Virus record (IMG/VR): IMGVR_UViG_3300028797_000093
Source: a virus
Lineage: Duplodnaviria; Caudoviricetes
Direction: 5' to 3' (one strand)
DNA: 64,000 nucleotides
Below are positions 32,517-43,565 of the stretch, one piece after another. The stretch's first letter is position 1, and every line of letters starts with the position of its first letter. The translations under genes and the position numbers were made by a program. The notes below the pieces were generated by a model, which searched no databases, was not told the origin of the DNA, and saw only the letters and a program-made list of their open reading frames with translations.

Positions 32517-33518
32517 TTATACGATTAGAGCATTAAGGAAACCGTTGATATATTCCTCATCAACCTTTTCTAGCTTAATGGTATTAACCATCTCCAGGAA
32601 GGTATAGAACATAACACACTTACCCATGATCTTATCCATATCTACATGGCCTTCAATGGTATACTTCTCTTTGAGCTGATCATCCTTGAGTACAGACTCA
32701 CCAACATTGATGACCATAGATTCTAGTACAGAACGAGGACGATTGCGAATCTTAGCAAGCTGAGACTTAGCAACAATGGTATAAGATTCTTCTAGTTCCT
32801 TCATCTCATCTTCAGAAAGATCCTTGTTATCAATCTTCTCTCTCTCAGCATCAATCTTATCAGATGCAGCCTGAGAAAGCTCCTTGATCTTTTCATGATC
32901 CTTCTGGTTCTGCTTTACAAACTCCTCGATAGCATCAGCAACTTTCTTGCTAATGACGTTTACGATCTCATCCCTGTCCTTGGTATCGTCAGCAAACTTC
33001 TCAATGACAGTAGTTGAGATCTCATATTCCTTATCCTCAGCAGGATTGAATTTATTCTCTTCCTTAATCTTCTCTGCAGCTTCAATGATAGCATTATAGA
33101 GATTAGACAGATAGGGAGACTTATACTTCATCTTGTTGAGGACATCATATACACCATTCTCATTGATGAAGTCATACACCATAGATCTCATGAAACCTTC
33201 AGAGCTCTTATCCTTCTTATACTCAGCGGGAACAGACTCGCTGAATACAGTGTAAAAAGACTCAGCCATGAACATCTTGTAGGTGTCATCAATGAAGTTA
33301 GTATATCTATTATAATTATTATTAAACCTACTCTTGGTATCGAGAACAGACTCAGTATAAACCTTCCTCTGATTCTCAACTGCTTCACTCTTCTTAATAG
33401 TTGAAGCTTCCTTTAGTTCTTTCTCTGTATTTTTTCTATCTTCAATCATATATTTAACAAAGTCACTGTTCTTCATAATCTTGCGAACAGTATAGTTAGA
33501 ATCATTCATTATAATCAA
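32517..33518 (-). CDS. Putative head/internal virion protein
   Basis: AGGAGG RBS, late promoter 33563-33552, C-ending codon bias, many xxE-S/A sites. Confidence 0.6.
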   Translation of the reverse strand: MIIMNDSNYTVRKIMKNSDFVKYMIEDRKNTEKELKEASTIKKSEAVENQRKVYTESVLDTKSRFNNNYNRYTNFIDDTYKMFMAESFYTVFSESVPAEYKKDKSSEGFMRSMVYDFINENGVYDVLNKMKYKSPYLSNLYNAIIEAAEKIKEENKFNPAEDKEYEISTTVIEKFADDTKDRDEIVNVISKKVADAIEEFVKQNQKDHEKIKELSQAASDKIDAEREKIDNKDLSEDEMKELEESYTIVAKSQLAKIRNRPRSVLESMVINVGESVLKDDQLKEKYTIEGHVDMDKIMGKCVMFYTFLEMVNTIKLEKVDEEYINGFLNALIV

Positions 33519-33568
33519 AATCCTCCTAAACAGTTTAGTCTAGATAAATATTATTATTATGTTTTATA

Positions 33569-36500
33569 TTAAACCACATTGATCACAATGTCAGGTTCAA
33601 TACTACTGGAATTTCCAGAAATAATTGTGCTATTATTTACATTTACAAATTCTGGAGTATGCTCTGAGACATAGTACGAAGAGTCATCTTCTTGTGTATT
33701 ATAGATGTGTTTCCAAGTAGTATGTCCATTAACAGAAACAAACTCAAAGTATTCAATACTATCAGGATATTTATTAGAGATATAATTGGTGATATTAACC
33801 ATATGGATATCCTGGATCTTAGTAATATCCTCAATATAATCTTTAATATCCTTAGTGATCATAGAAAGAATATTGTTATCATAGTTACTGGTAAGAGATA
33901 GATTGAATTCAAGAGTGAGATTAACCTTATTGATCTTACCAGTACCATTAGAATTAATACTATATAGATAACTAGGTCCATAAGTATTGAAGAATTTAAA
34001 GTCTACACTAAAGTTATCTTCAATAACAGATGTACAATATTCTAGATAGTTCTTTTCACTAATGATCTTATTTAGAAATTCTAGAGCTATATCCTCGTTT
34101 GTAATATACCCATGTCTGATACATGGAATCTCATCAAGAATATAATAGAATCTCTCTTGTGTCATCATATCAGCTTTATTTACATAATAAATTGAATTAG
34201 TAGGAGATGTAGTCTTTACCATACATACATCATTTACATCATCATAAATAACTGCATATCCATTAGGTAACTCTTCAGAACTATAGTCACGAGTAAGAGT
34301 ACCAATAGAATATGTAAGATCTAAGAAATTACTATTAATACTAAGATCTGCATACTTCACATATCCAGTTGTACCACTATCATCAATAGTGTATACTAGA
34401 GTAGAAGCATCAATAGTATCAGTATCAAAAGATGCTATTACAGGAGTAGTAGCTGCAGTAGTTCCAGCAGATATTGTGCAAGCCTTATCACTATAATAAG
34501 TTTTACCACTTACAATTTGGTACATAGTTCTTATAGTAACATCAGCAGGTTTAATATAATATTTTGTCGGAACATCACCAACCACTAAAGTTATATAGTA
34601 CTTATCATCACTATCAATAAATACCTGAGTAGTCTCAGTTAGAGTATCAATACTAGTTGTATAAGAAGAATCTGCATAATATGTAGTACCAGATTCAGCA
34701 AAGAAATATGGGGCACCATAATACCTAGTTCCAATAGGAACCTTATAAATATTAGGCTTACTGGTATCTCTTTCAGCAATAGCTTTAGAGTTAATCAATG
34801 GTGAGAAATTGAAAAATAGATCTAATCCATCATTGATAAAATAAGTATTTGCCATAATATATTTACTTAGTGTAGGAACTACCTCAATTAGATCTTGAGT
34901 AGTTTCTTCGGTACCAACAGCACTGGATGCAAAAGCGAATACTATCTCTGCTTTGATATTATTATCAAAGTATTGTCCATACTTACGTCCATCTGTTGCT
35001 ACATAGAGTTCTTTATCTGTAATATTTAATCTATTCTCTTCATTTACCTGATTATCAGTTTCTAGTTTAAACTCATAAGTGAATATAAAATCATTTTCAT
35101 TGTAGTTTACTAGATTACCAAATGTATATCTACTTGGATTTGTATCTTCATAATTATCATACATCCAGAGAATACACTTAATCTTAGAATCTACAATCTT
35201 ATCACCATACATACTAATCAATTCAGTATCTTCTTCTACATTAAGTTTAGCCTTAACTGTAATAGTATATATATTCTTATTTACAGTATAGGATCTATTA
35301 ATAATTACAGAAGAAGCAATGAACTGATAGACTGCATTTTCATTAATATAATTAAAGTTAAGAGACTTCTCTATATTGAATGAAGAAAGTTTATAATAAG
35401 CAATCAGAGGATTCTTATTAATAGTGATATCATAAGGACACTCATAATAAAATAGACTTGTATCTTTTTCTATATTCATAGAACTTAGATGAAGTCTAGT
35501 AGTTAGAGTATCAGCAGGAGATGGAGAAGCTGATACTAAAGTGATACCAAAATCATCCAAATTACAAAATTGATTAATACCATTCAATGTTGCACGCCAG
35601 AGAGTAAAAGCAATTTCAATAGTATCTCCTTCTTTAAGCTGCCTATTGACACCAACTTCTACATCTTCTTGAGCAACATAATATCTATTTTCATTATAAT
35701 CAAAATAATAAGAACTGCCGTCTCTTACTAGTTTAAAATCATCAATGGTCTTACCATTTTCATCACATACATTAGCAATAGCATTACTAACAGGAGTTGT
35801 ACAAGATATATTCGAATACAACTGTTTGCCAGTAGAAACTTGATAATCATCTATATTAATAGATAAACCTATCTCAGTTAGAAGAGTACTATTAGGATCT
35901 CCTGTTGCATAGGTATATTCTTCACCAGATTGTAGATCTACCCATGTAGAAGAACCTATATTAACACCATCTATATCAGATACTTCAGTACATCTATACT
36001 TATAAGTACCTTCATTGAATTGAATGACTACAGGGTTATTGGTACTGTCTATTACATAAATAGATTTAAAAAATGTTCTACGGCTAATGGACACATCATC
36101 TGCAATGATACCACCACCGTTTAGATTATTTTCTGTATATTTTAATAGATAATAATTTTCATTATCAATATGATTGATAAAATCATTATTATTAGGAGAA
36201 TAATCTGGATCTGAAGATAAGTATGTAAATACTATATCATCGGTATAATCATTAACAGCTTCTCTATACTTATTGGTATTAATGATAATATCATCAATAA
36301 AGAATGCTGTAGTGCTTCTATCTATATAAGCATAGTTAGTATTATAAGAGAATGTTGTAAATAATCTATTACCAATTACATAGGCACCACCACTTAGAGT
36401 AATACCATAATTAGTAAGATTTACTCCAACATAATCAAGACACCATCCAGTAGATACAACTGCTTCTACTGTAATTGTATTATCATTATGGGGAGTACCA

Positions 36501-38470
36501 ACAAAAGATACACCATAATCAGCTAAATCTACCATAGATGTAGAATTTAATAGCCAATTATTTATAGAAGTATCATATTTGAATACAAATGTTTGAGTAG
36601 GATTACCATCATTAAGATCAAGTCTACGTCCTAGAATAGACTCGTTAACACTTACACTGATTATATCGCTAGCATTCTTAGTTACAGTAGTAGAAGTTAC
36701 AAATTTAGTATATAGGAAATTATAAGTTCCTTCAATACTATCTACTGCTTCCTTAAAGGTTTTATTATTAACCTTATAGGTTACACCAGTAGGAAGATAT
36801 GCATTAATAGCAGCATTATATGCATAATTATAGTGTACTACAAGAGTTTCAGATATACCTGTATAAAAAATACCAATATCTTCTAGAGAAGATATATCAG
36901 ATAGAGCAGATGTATAAGTAGAATCTGTTCCATAAAATTTCCATGTACTGCTTACTTTCTTGATATAGTATACACCAGATTTATAATCTGGAATAGTATG
37001 ATTACTTAAAGTATCAATACTGCTACCAAATAGATCTGGATCTACATAATCATCAATAATTTCACCATTAGTAACAGGATGTTCTGGATCTGTGTCATCA
37101 AATTCATATTCTATAATATTATTTTTATTAACAGTAACTGTCTTACCATCAGGAGCTACGTTGGTTCCACTTTCATGCACATTAAATCCAATAGTATTTG
37201 TAGGGATAATATTAGATAGACTATTTTTCATAAGAAGATATGTATAATACAGTCTTTCAAACTGATTATCTCTCTTCTTATAAGTATAAATCTGAGCCTC
37301 ATCATTGTTAATCTGATTGAAGAAATTCTTCAAGTCAGTTAGTGATGTAATACTATTTCTTGCCAATTCTTCTTTAGCAATAATAGTACGAAGTTCTTTA
37401 ATAGACTTTTTATCAAGACCACCACTAGCTTCAGTTGTTACTGGAATAACTTGACAACTAATAGCACTATATCCATCAAATGTACCATCAGACTTCATTA
37501 GACCATAGCTAGTAGAGTCAAATACAAATCTAGGATAACTGGAGTCATTCCAATAGAAGTTACCAGAGTATCCTTGAGAAGTTTGTAGATTGATATAGAT
37601 TTGATCGTTGATATTAGGCTGATAGATACTATCAACAAACTTACAACGAATAAAGTTAGTATTCATAAACTGATAGTACAGATAATACTTCTCATCTGTA
37701 GCTATACCATCATATACAGGAACTAGTCTAAGGTTAGTTCCATCTGCTTTAACTATATCAACAGTAAACCCAGCAAGCTGAGAGCTGTAGTCGAATGAGA
37801 ATACCTTAGACTCAATGATATTATTTGTAACGATTTTCTTATTAATAATATATCTCTCTACCTGTCTAATGGGAACCTGAATATAGAGAATCTTCAGCTC
37901 ACTACTTCTGATAATAGAAGGAGGAGAGAGATAGATATTTGTATCTGCTACATTGGAGATAGGATTCTTTTTCTTATTATCATTAGAATCAGATTCAATA
38001 TAATACTGAGCAGAATAAGCATATCTAGGCTGTCCTGTAGCAGTAATACTATTGAGCTTAGTCTTAGTAATAAGAATATTATAATCTGGATGAAATTCGA
38101 AATCTCCAAAAAAGATTTTATTATTAGAATCAAATACAAACTTCTGGCTATTCTCTGAAGTTTCAGGGAATAGTTCTGCTTCATTGAAAGCCATCAACAC
38201 AGACATAGTTGATGGGATTGCATAGACATTCTTAATACCTGCAGTAAAGGCATGAGCAATAATATTCTTTTCATATTTTGCTTTAATACCAATACCTTCA
38301 TTAGAAGTCTCTGCAGACATAACAATATTATTCTGAGTGGTTTTTGTAAATACATCACTCAAATATCCAAAAATACCAAGAATAAGAGTAGACTCATCTT
38401 CTGGTATATAATCTTTTTTAATCTGATTTATATAATCAGCAATATCATAAGTATCAGAACTCAGTGGCAT
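33569..38470 (-). CDS. Baseplate wedge-like protein (1633 aa) with large beta-rich insertion
   Basis: N- and C-terminal parts resemble T4 gp6-type wedge proteins (ITSLTDLKNFF; IKDYIE..); Thr/Tyr/Ser-rich middle. Confidence 0.65.
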   Translation of the reverse strand: MPLSSDTYDIADYINQIKKDYIPEDESTLILGIFGYLSDVFTKTTQNNIVMSAETSNEGIGIKAKYEKNIIAHAFTAGIKNVYAIPSTMSVLMAFNEAELFPETSENSQKFVFDSNNKIFFGDFEFHPDYNILITKTKLNSITATGQPRYAYSAQYYIESDSNDNKKKNPISNVADTNIYLSPPSIIRSSELKILYIQVPIRQVERYIINKKIVTNNIIESKVFSFDYSSQLAGFTVDIVKADGTNLRLVPVYDGIATDEKYYLYYQFMNTNFIRCKFVDSIYQPNINDQIYINLQTSQGYSGNFYWNDSSYPRFVFDSTSYGLMKSDGTFDGYSAISCQVIPVTTEASGGLDKKSIKELRTIIAKEELARNSITSLTDLKNFFNQINNDEAQIYTYKKRDNQFERLYYTYLLMKNSLSNIIPTNTIGFNVHESGTNVAPDGKTVTVNKNNIIEYEFDDTDPEHPVTNGEIIDDYVDPDLFGSSIDTLSNHTIPDYKSGVYYIKKVSSTWKFYGTDSTYTSALSDISSLEDIGIFYTGISETLVVHYNYAYNAAINAYLPTGVTYKVNNKTFKEAVDSIEGTYNFLYTKFVTSTTVTKNASDIISVSVNESILGRRLDLNDGNPTQTFVFKYDTSINNWLLNSTSMVDLADYGVSFVGTPHNDNTITVEAVVSTGWCLDYVGVNLTNYGITLSGGAYVIGNRLFTTFSYNTNYAYIDRSTTAFFIDDIIINTNKYREAVNDYTDDIVFTYLSSDPDYSPNNNDFINHIDNENYYLLKYTENNLNGGGIIADDVSISRRTFFKSIYVIDSTNNPVVIQFNEGTYKYRCTEVSDIDGVNIGSSTWVDLQSGEEYTYATGDPNSTLLTEIGLSINIDDYQVSTGKQLYSNISCTTPVSNAIANVCDENGKTIDDFKLVRDGSSYYFDYNENRYYVAQEDVEVGVNRQLKEGDTIEIAFTLWRATLNGINQFCNLDDFGITLVSASPSPADTLTTRLHLSSMNIEKDTSLFYYECPYDITINKNPLIAYYKLSSFNIEKSLNFNYINENAVYQFIASSVIINRSYTVNKNIYTITVKAKLNVEEDTELISMYGDKIVDSKIKCILWMYDNYEDTNPSRYTFGNLVNYNENDFIFTYEFKLETDNQVNEENRLNITDKELYVATDGRKYGQYFDNNIKAEIVFAFASSAVGTEETTQDLIEVVPTLSKYIMANTYFINDGLDLFFNFSPLINSKAIAERDTSKPNIYKVPIGTRYYGAPYFFAESGTTYYADSSYTTSIDTLTETTQVFIDSDDKYYITLVVGDVPTKYYIKPADVTIRTMYQIVSGKTYYSDKACTISAGTTAATTPVIASFDTDTIDASTLVYTIDDSGTTGYVKYADLSINSNFLDLTYSIGTLTRDYSSEELPNGYAVIYDDVNDVCMVKTTSPTNSIYYVNKADMMTQERFYYILDEIPCIRHGYITNEDIALEFLNKIISEKNYLEYCTSVIEDNFSVDFKFFNTYGPSYLYSINSNGTGKINKVNLTLEFNLSLTSNYDNNILSMITKDIKDYIEDITKIQDIHMVNITNYISNKYPDSIEYFEFVSVNGHTTWKHIYNTQEDDSSYYVSEHTPEFVNVNNSTIISGNSSSIEPDIVINVV

Positions 38471-38499
38471 GTGTTTATCTCACAACCTTTCTGCTATTA

Positions 38500-39861
38500 T
38501 TATCTACCACCATTACCATAAGAAGAACTACTACCAGATCCAGAATCATATTTCCATCTAAGAAAATACTTTCTAGGACCACTATTGTTTGTATTGATAT
38601 ATTGAGATCCCTCTGTAATTCTATCCCAATATACATAAGGATATTTAGGCCAATCACCATTAGCATGACCAGCACTACTATCGTATAGCTCACATTCTTT
38701 TAATTTCATTAAATTATTGATACCATTTAGAGGGGAAGCACTTACAGCGTTGAATTCTCTAAGAATATACGGATTCATATCCTCAACTTCAAAGCAACTA
38801 AATTCAACACTCAATCTTCCCTTGGGTTCAGTACTATTCATATCAGAAAACATACTACTAGGTACTGATGTTGGGAATACACCTGTGTATTTTACAAATT
38901 GAGTAATGGTAGTACCATCTTCATCTACAACAATTTTATATATAGAGAATTGATCATGAAGAATCTTTCTCCATACTTGTCTCTGTTTAGGAGATACGAT
39001 ACCTAGATTCTTTAGATTAATATATTCATCATAAATTCTAAAGAACATATAAACTTCATAGAATCTAGTATCTTGGAATTCTAGACTGAATGTAAAGTTT
39101 TTACTACCAGAAGAGCTATCTCTATATCTAATTTTAGTACCATATACGTTACCATTAGTCTCTACATACTCTGCATTTTTGTCAGGTAATGGTAAAGTAC
39201 TGACTAGAGTATTAGATAGAAGTGGAATGAAGTTATTTTTTGTATTATAAGGAAGACTACCCTGGTTTCTATTATTTGCAAGAGATATAGGGTCTCCTTT
39301 TCTTACAGAATGACTCCAACATAGATCTTCTAATACGGCTCTATATCTACTATAAGCATCTGTAAAGAAAGGATAGTTTAACAGACTCTTATTAAGATCT
39401 TGATATGCTCCACTAGTATCACCTTCTGTTGAAGTGAGTATATTAAGATCAGGTTTTGTAAAGAATACATACTCTCTTGTAACTGTTGGAATATTATATG
39501 GGTCAATAATACTATAACCAAATCTATTAAAGTTATTGTATAGACCCTTTTCTATATAGTTTCTAGAATAAATACCTCTGGATCTCAATAGAGATTCCAT
39601 TTCAGTATTTTTACTACCAGTATTAGCATTAACTATATCTTTTACTTCAGGTGAATTTTTAATAGGAGCTACTGTATCAAATAGCTCACTGTCACTTCTA
39701 TATCTAGAATTTACATTTTTCTTTTTTATAGCAGAAGTAGAATCCTGTTCTCTATTTCTTCTTAATATTTCTTGTTTAACTCTCTGAATAGGATCAGTCT
39801 GCTGTTTAATAAGAGCAGCACTAATTTTCTTACCTATATTATCATAAGGATTATTTGCCAT
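38500..39861 (-). CDS. Tail tube/baseplate-like structural protein
   Basis: YVFFTKPDLN, FSLEFQD, YTGVFPTSVP and LSVEFS motifs; start set at MANN behind GGGAGG; late promoter 39915-39904. Confidence 0.6.
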   Translation of the reverse strand: MANNPYDNIGKKISAALIKQQTDPIQRVKQEILRRNREQDSTSAIKKKNVNSRYRSDSELFDTVAPIKNSPEVKDIVNANTGSKNTEMESLLRSRGIYSRNYIEKGLYNNFNRFGYSIIDPYNIPTVTREYVFFTKPDLNILTSTEGDTSGAYQDLNKSLLNYPFFTDAYSRYRAVLEDLCWSHSVRKGDPISLANNRNQGSLPYNTKNNFIPLLSNTLVSTLPLPDKNAEYVETNGNVYGTKIRYRDSSSGSKNFTFSLEFQDTRFYEVYMFFRIYDEYINLKNLGIVSPKQRQVWRKILHDQFSIYKIVVDEDGTTITQFVKYTGVFPTSVPSSMFSDMNSTEPKGRLSVEFSCFEVEDMNPYILREFNAVSASPLNGINNLMKLKECELYDSSAGHANGDWPKYPYVYWDRITEGSQYINTNNSGPRKYFLRWKYDSGSGSSSSYGNGGR

Positions 39862-40051
39862 ATTATATATTACAAACCTCCCATCTGTATGAGGATATTG
39901 TTTTACTTCTATGTTCAAGAGGATACTTTTTACTTGGAAATGATTTAAAATATTATTGATTGTATATAATATAATTGAATCCTGTTATTATTCTTCCATC
40001 CACTAATTTGTTTTTACAACAAAAATTTAATGTAATGAAAGGAATAATAAG

Positions 40052-40229
40052 TATGGATTTTAAACTAGCAATAAAAATATTCTTTGCAGCGGTTCCTATT
40101 ATAAAAGATATAACAGCGTTTATAAGAAACAAATCAGAGGAGAGAGTTATGGAGAAATCCATAGCTCTTAAAGTTCTTCAAAATCAAAAAGAAGAATTGA
40201 TAGATCCTCTGTATATAGTAGAAGAGTAA
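40052..40229 (+). CDS. Small hypothetical protein
   Basis: AAAGGA RBS before MDFKL; early-type promoter at about 39958; start uncertain. Confidence 0.5.
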
Positions 40230-40253
40230 ATTAAAGAAAGGAGTTTATATAAA

Positions 40254-40514
40254 ATGCCTGCAGCAAGAGAAGAGAAAAATGCGCATTACAGAGTTGTTGA
40301 ACAGAGAATTATGATGGCTAGAGCCCTTGAGCATTTCATCGGTTCTAAAGAATTTGAAGATTTTGTATCAGACACCGTATCAGACACCTATCAGAAAGAT
40401 CCTTTTTATTATGCTATGGGAATTACATCTGATGATCTTCTTCAGGAAATTAAGACTGGAGTTACGATCTGTATCGAACAGCTCAAAGATCAGGTAAAAG
40501 GATATTTGGTATAA
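40254..40514 (+). CDS. Hypothetical protein (86 aa)
   Basis: AAAGGAG RBS; ending EQLKDQVKGYL resembles KLLEEQVKDYL of the next gene. Confidence 0.75.
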   Translation: MPAAREEKNAHYRVVEQRIMMARALEHFIGSKEFEDFVSDTVSDTYQKDPFYYAMGITSDDLLQEIKTGVTICIEQLKDQVKGYLV

Positions 40515-40551
40515 ATATATAGGAGAAGATTAATTGGAAGGATAATAGTGA

Positions 40552-40881
40552 ATGGCTTCTATTAGCGAACAAAGAGACAATAATTACACTCATATTGAAG
40601 ATACTATTAAAACTATTATAGCACTTAAGAGAATGTATAATAGTGATAATGTAAAAGACTTTGTAGTTAATTTCTGTTCTACACATCATCTACTTGATAG
40701 TATAGGTGTAGAATCTTATAATTTAACTGATGAAGTTAATATAGCTATATATAATAGGATAAAACTTCTTGAGGAACAAGTTAAAGATTATCTCAAAGTA
40801 GATAATCTCAAAGAATCTAAAGATAGTCAAGTAGGTTATTCTGATTATTATCCTAACTCTTATACTGATCTTAAGTTTTAA
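40552..40881 (+). CDS. Hypothetical protein (109 aa)
   Basis: RBS present; terminator at 40886-40925. Confidence 0.7.
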   Translation: MASISEQRDNNYTHIEDTIKTIIALKRMYNSDNVKDFVVNFCSTHHLLDSIGVESYNLTDEVNIAIYNRIKLLEEQVKDYLKVDNLKESKDSQVGYSDYYPNSYTDLKF

Positions 40882-41020
40882 TAATATAGGAGAAGTCGTA
40901 ACTGACTTCTCCTATTATTTTTTCTCGTTTGTAAAAGTTAATATTTTAGATTATATATTATAGATATGAATAGGTAGTATAATCTATCCTATATCTCACT
41001 ATAGAAAGTGAGGTGAAATA

Positions 41021-41209
41021 ATGCCTCAGCGTATGTCTCTATCCCATAGTTGGGATCAGTACATGAAACGTACTGATCCATACTGGGAAAACAAAGAGAA
41101 CTACAGAGTTCAGCAAGAATATATTAAAATGCTTCTTACTGAACCCGTAGTTCACCCATCATCAGTCGTCAAAGGTATAGAACCTGACGACGGGTCTATG
41201 GATGTGTAA
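41021..41209 (+). CDS. Microprotein family B (62 aa, ends SMDV)
   Basis: GAGGTGAAA RBS, degenerate leader copy at 40929-41020; shares TDPYWENKENYRVQ with 58310-58492. Confidence 0.85.
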   Translation: MPQRMSLSHSWDQYMKRTDPYWENKENYRVQQEYIKMLLTEPVVHPSSVVKGIEPDDGSMDV

Positions 41210-41323
41210 GATCCAAGACCACCAAAGGATGACAGACCCGCACCTGTCATTCTTATTATAATGTATTCAAAAATTAAAAATAAAAAGAGAAGGATACTCT
41301 TAAAACCAGAAAGGACAAAACAC

Positions 41324-41599
41324 ATGAAGAACATTATGGAGTACGTAAATGATCTCTGCCGCTTCTATAAGAAGTGGTGGAAGCTGATCCTGAAGATGAT
41401 GGTTGTCTGTGCAGCCATCGAAGCCGGGATCATCGCCATCTATATGTATGGCGACAAGATCCATCAATTCCTGGTTAGGTCCCAGGAAAAGCTCGGCGAC
41501 CTGATCTTCGGCAAGCCTGAGATCATGGAGGATGCTGGTGGTCTGGCCCCTGAGATTGAAGAAGGTGATGATGACAATTCTGTCATAGCTTCCTTCTGA
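41324..41599 (+). CDS. Small membrane-anchored protein, GC-rich codons
   Basis: AAAGGA RBS before MKNIMEY; one hydrophobic helix; acidic tail. Confidence 0.7.
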   Translation: MKNIMEYVNDLCRFYKKWWKLILKMMVVCAAIEAGIIAIYMYGDKIHQFLVRSQEKLGDLIFGKPEIMEDAGGLAPEIEEGDDDNSVIASF

Positions 41600-41757
41600 T
41601 GGAAAATGAGGAGATGGGTGGTAAAACATCCATCTCCCTTCCCTTCAGTTCAGTGTTTATTTTTACTCATTGCAATCTTAATGTGTTTATTTTTTGCCAA
41701 CATAATGATAATTAATCGCATTTAAATAAATCCACTTAAGGAGGATGTTTACATATC

Positions 41758-43542
41758 ATGGTTGATCCTAGAGCTATACATAAAACAGTGTTACGTGAAG
41801 TAACAGAAACTATTGCAGCTGCTGTTGCACTAGCTGGTGCAGGTGCTGCTGCATATAAAGATATTAAAAATTCTAAAGGTTCAGAGATTGCAACTGGTAC
41901 TCTTAAGCAGGTACAGAATGCTAGCCGTAGAGGTTATGGTTCTCTAGTAAGAGCTGCTAATAATCTTACTCTAGTATTCCCTGTAATTGCCAGTAAAACT
42001 ATTTCTATTAATACGGATATTCTTATCGCTAAGGCTATTGAGAGAAAAGCTGTAACTATGCTACAGATGGTTTTCTCTGCTATCCAGATTGCTGATAAGA
42101 ATGTAGAAGATGTATATGGATACATTGCAAAGTTCCATAAGAATCTTCCTAACTCTGATTTCTCTGTTGATGATATTATGCAGATCAGTGATACTATCAA
42201 TGCTATGGCAGAGAGTGGAGAGATTCCTGAATCTATTAAGGATAAGACTCTTCGTCAGCTCAATGAAGCTGCTGCTCTGAAAGCTATTGCTGAGGATCTC
42301 AAGAAAAATACTAATTTCTACATGGAGAGCTCTATCAATGAAGCATCTATTGGTTCTTATAGACTCTCCAATAGTAATCTAGGAACTACTGTTATCACTG
42401 AAGCCATTAATAGAAAAGGTGATTATGTCTTTGGTATTGGTCCTGATGGAAAGCCTATTATTCCTCAGGAAATCCTAGATGATATTTATGATAATTTTAA
42501 TTCTCAAGATATCAATCCTGCGGAAAGAGAAAAACTTCGTGCACAGCTAAAGCAGTATCAGAATGAGAAGAACTTTGATTATGCATTCTGGAGAGCTATT
42601 GGTAGAGATTTTGAAGCTGAGAAGCTAGATCTAACCAACCAGAAGAAGCTTGAGTATGAAAAAGAGCTTCAGAAAATGAAAGCTGCTTATGATAAAGCTT
42701 CTGCTAAAGAAAAAGAAGAATTGGATAAAAGAATGTATCAATTCAAAGATAGAATTGAAAAAGCAATGGTCGATTATAAGGCCAATAAAGATAAAGAACT
42801 AGAAGACTATAAAGCAGAGAAGAATTGGCAGAAAGATCAGCTTACCATGGCTAAGGCTAGAGCAGATATGCTCAAGAACCAGGTATTGGATTCTGATATC
42901 AAGAAAGCCAATGAACTCCAGCCTTCTATGATGATTGTAAATTTTTATGTTAATAATGATAAAGAGAAGCTAGAGATGATCAATAATGCAGTTATTGGCG
43001 TAAAAGCCAAGCTGTATCCTATGGATTCTAATGAGATCATTGATAGAATTGATAAGAAGTCCGAAGAACAGGGTCTTCTGGTTATGTTTAAGAGAGTTAC
43101 TACCAGAGAAATCTCCTTCTTTAAGGACTTCCTGTTTGCTCTTGATAAAGCAAAGATTGATGTTGTAGAAAGAAATAATAAGGGTTCTAAAGCTAAGCTG
43201 TGGCAGACTCTTGAGAGTAGGGCAAAGGCTTATAAAGCTGGTAAGTTTGCTGGTTCTGCAAGTGCTGCTCCTATTACAACTCTAGTTGTTTCTCAGGAAG
43301 AAGTAGAGTATCTTAAGAAATTCAAAGGGATTGATTTGGAGTCTTATAAGGCTGCTAGAAAAATCTTTGATGGATATAACTTTATGTGCATCTGTATCGT
43401 AGACGAGAACCTTGAAGTTGCAAAGTTCCTGTTTGATACAGGTGAGAATAACTGGGAAGTTTATTCATTTACGTCTCTTGATAGAGAGAGCTCAGATTCT
43501 ACTTATAAGAAAGTAGTTAATCTGATGACTAAGATTCGTTAA
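41758..43542 (+). CDS. Putative virion structural protein (594 aa)
   Basis: AAGGAGG RBS, late promoter 41699-41710, coiled coil, xxE-A/S sites. Confidence 0.65.
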   Translation: MVDPRAIHKTVLREVTETIAAAVALAGAGAAAYKDIKNSKGSEIATGTLKQVQNASRRGYGSLVRAANNLTLVFPVIASKTISINTDILIAKAIERKAVTMLQMVFSAIQIADKNVEDVYGYIAKFHKNLPNSDFSVDDIMQISDTINAMAESGEIPESIKDKTLRQLNEAAALKAIAEDLKKNTNFYMESSINEASIGSYRLSNSNLGTTVITEAINRKGDYVFGIGPDGKPIIPQEILDDIYDNFNSQDINPAEREKLRAQLKQYQNEKNFDYAFWRAIGRDFEAEKLDLTNQKKLEYEKELQKMKAAYDKASAKEKEELDKRMYQFKDRIEKAMVDYKANKDKELEDYKAEKNWQKDQLTMAKARADMLKNQVLDSDIKKANELQPSMMIVNFYVNNDKEKLEMINNAVIGVKAKLYPMDSNEIIDRIDKKSEEQGLLVMFKRVTTREISFFKDFLFALDKAKIDVVERNNKGSKAKLWQTLESRAKAYKAGKFAGSASAAPITTLVVSQEEVEYLKKFKGIDLESYKAARKIFDGYNFMCICIVDENLEVAKFLFDTGENNWEVYSFTSLDRESSDSTYKKVVNLMTKIR

Positions 43543-43565
43543 AGAAGGAGGAAGAATAGTATATT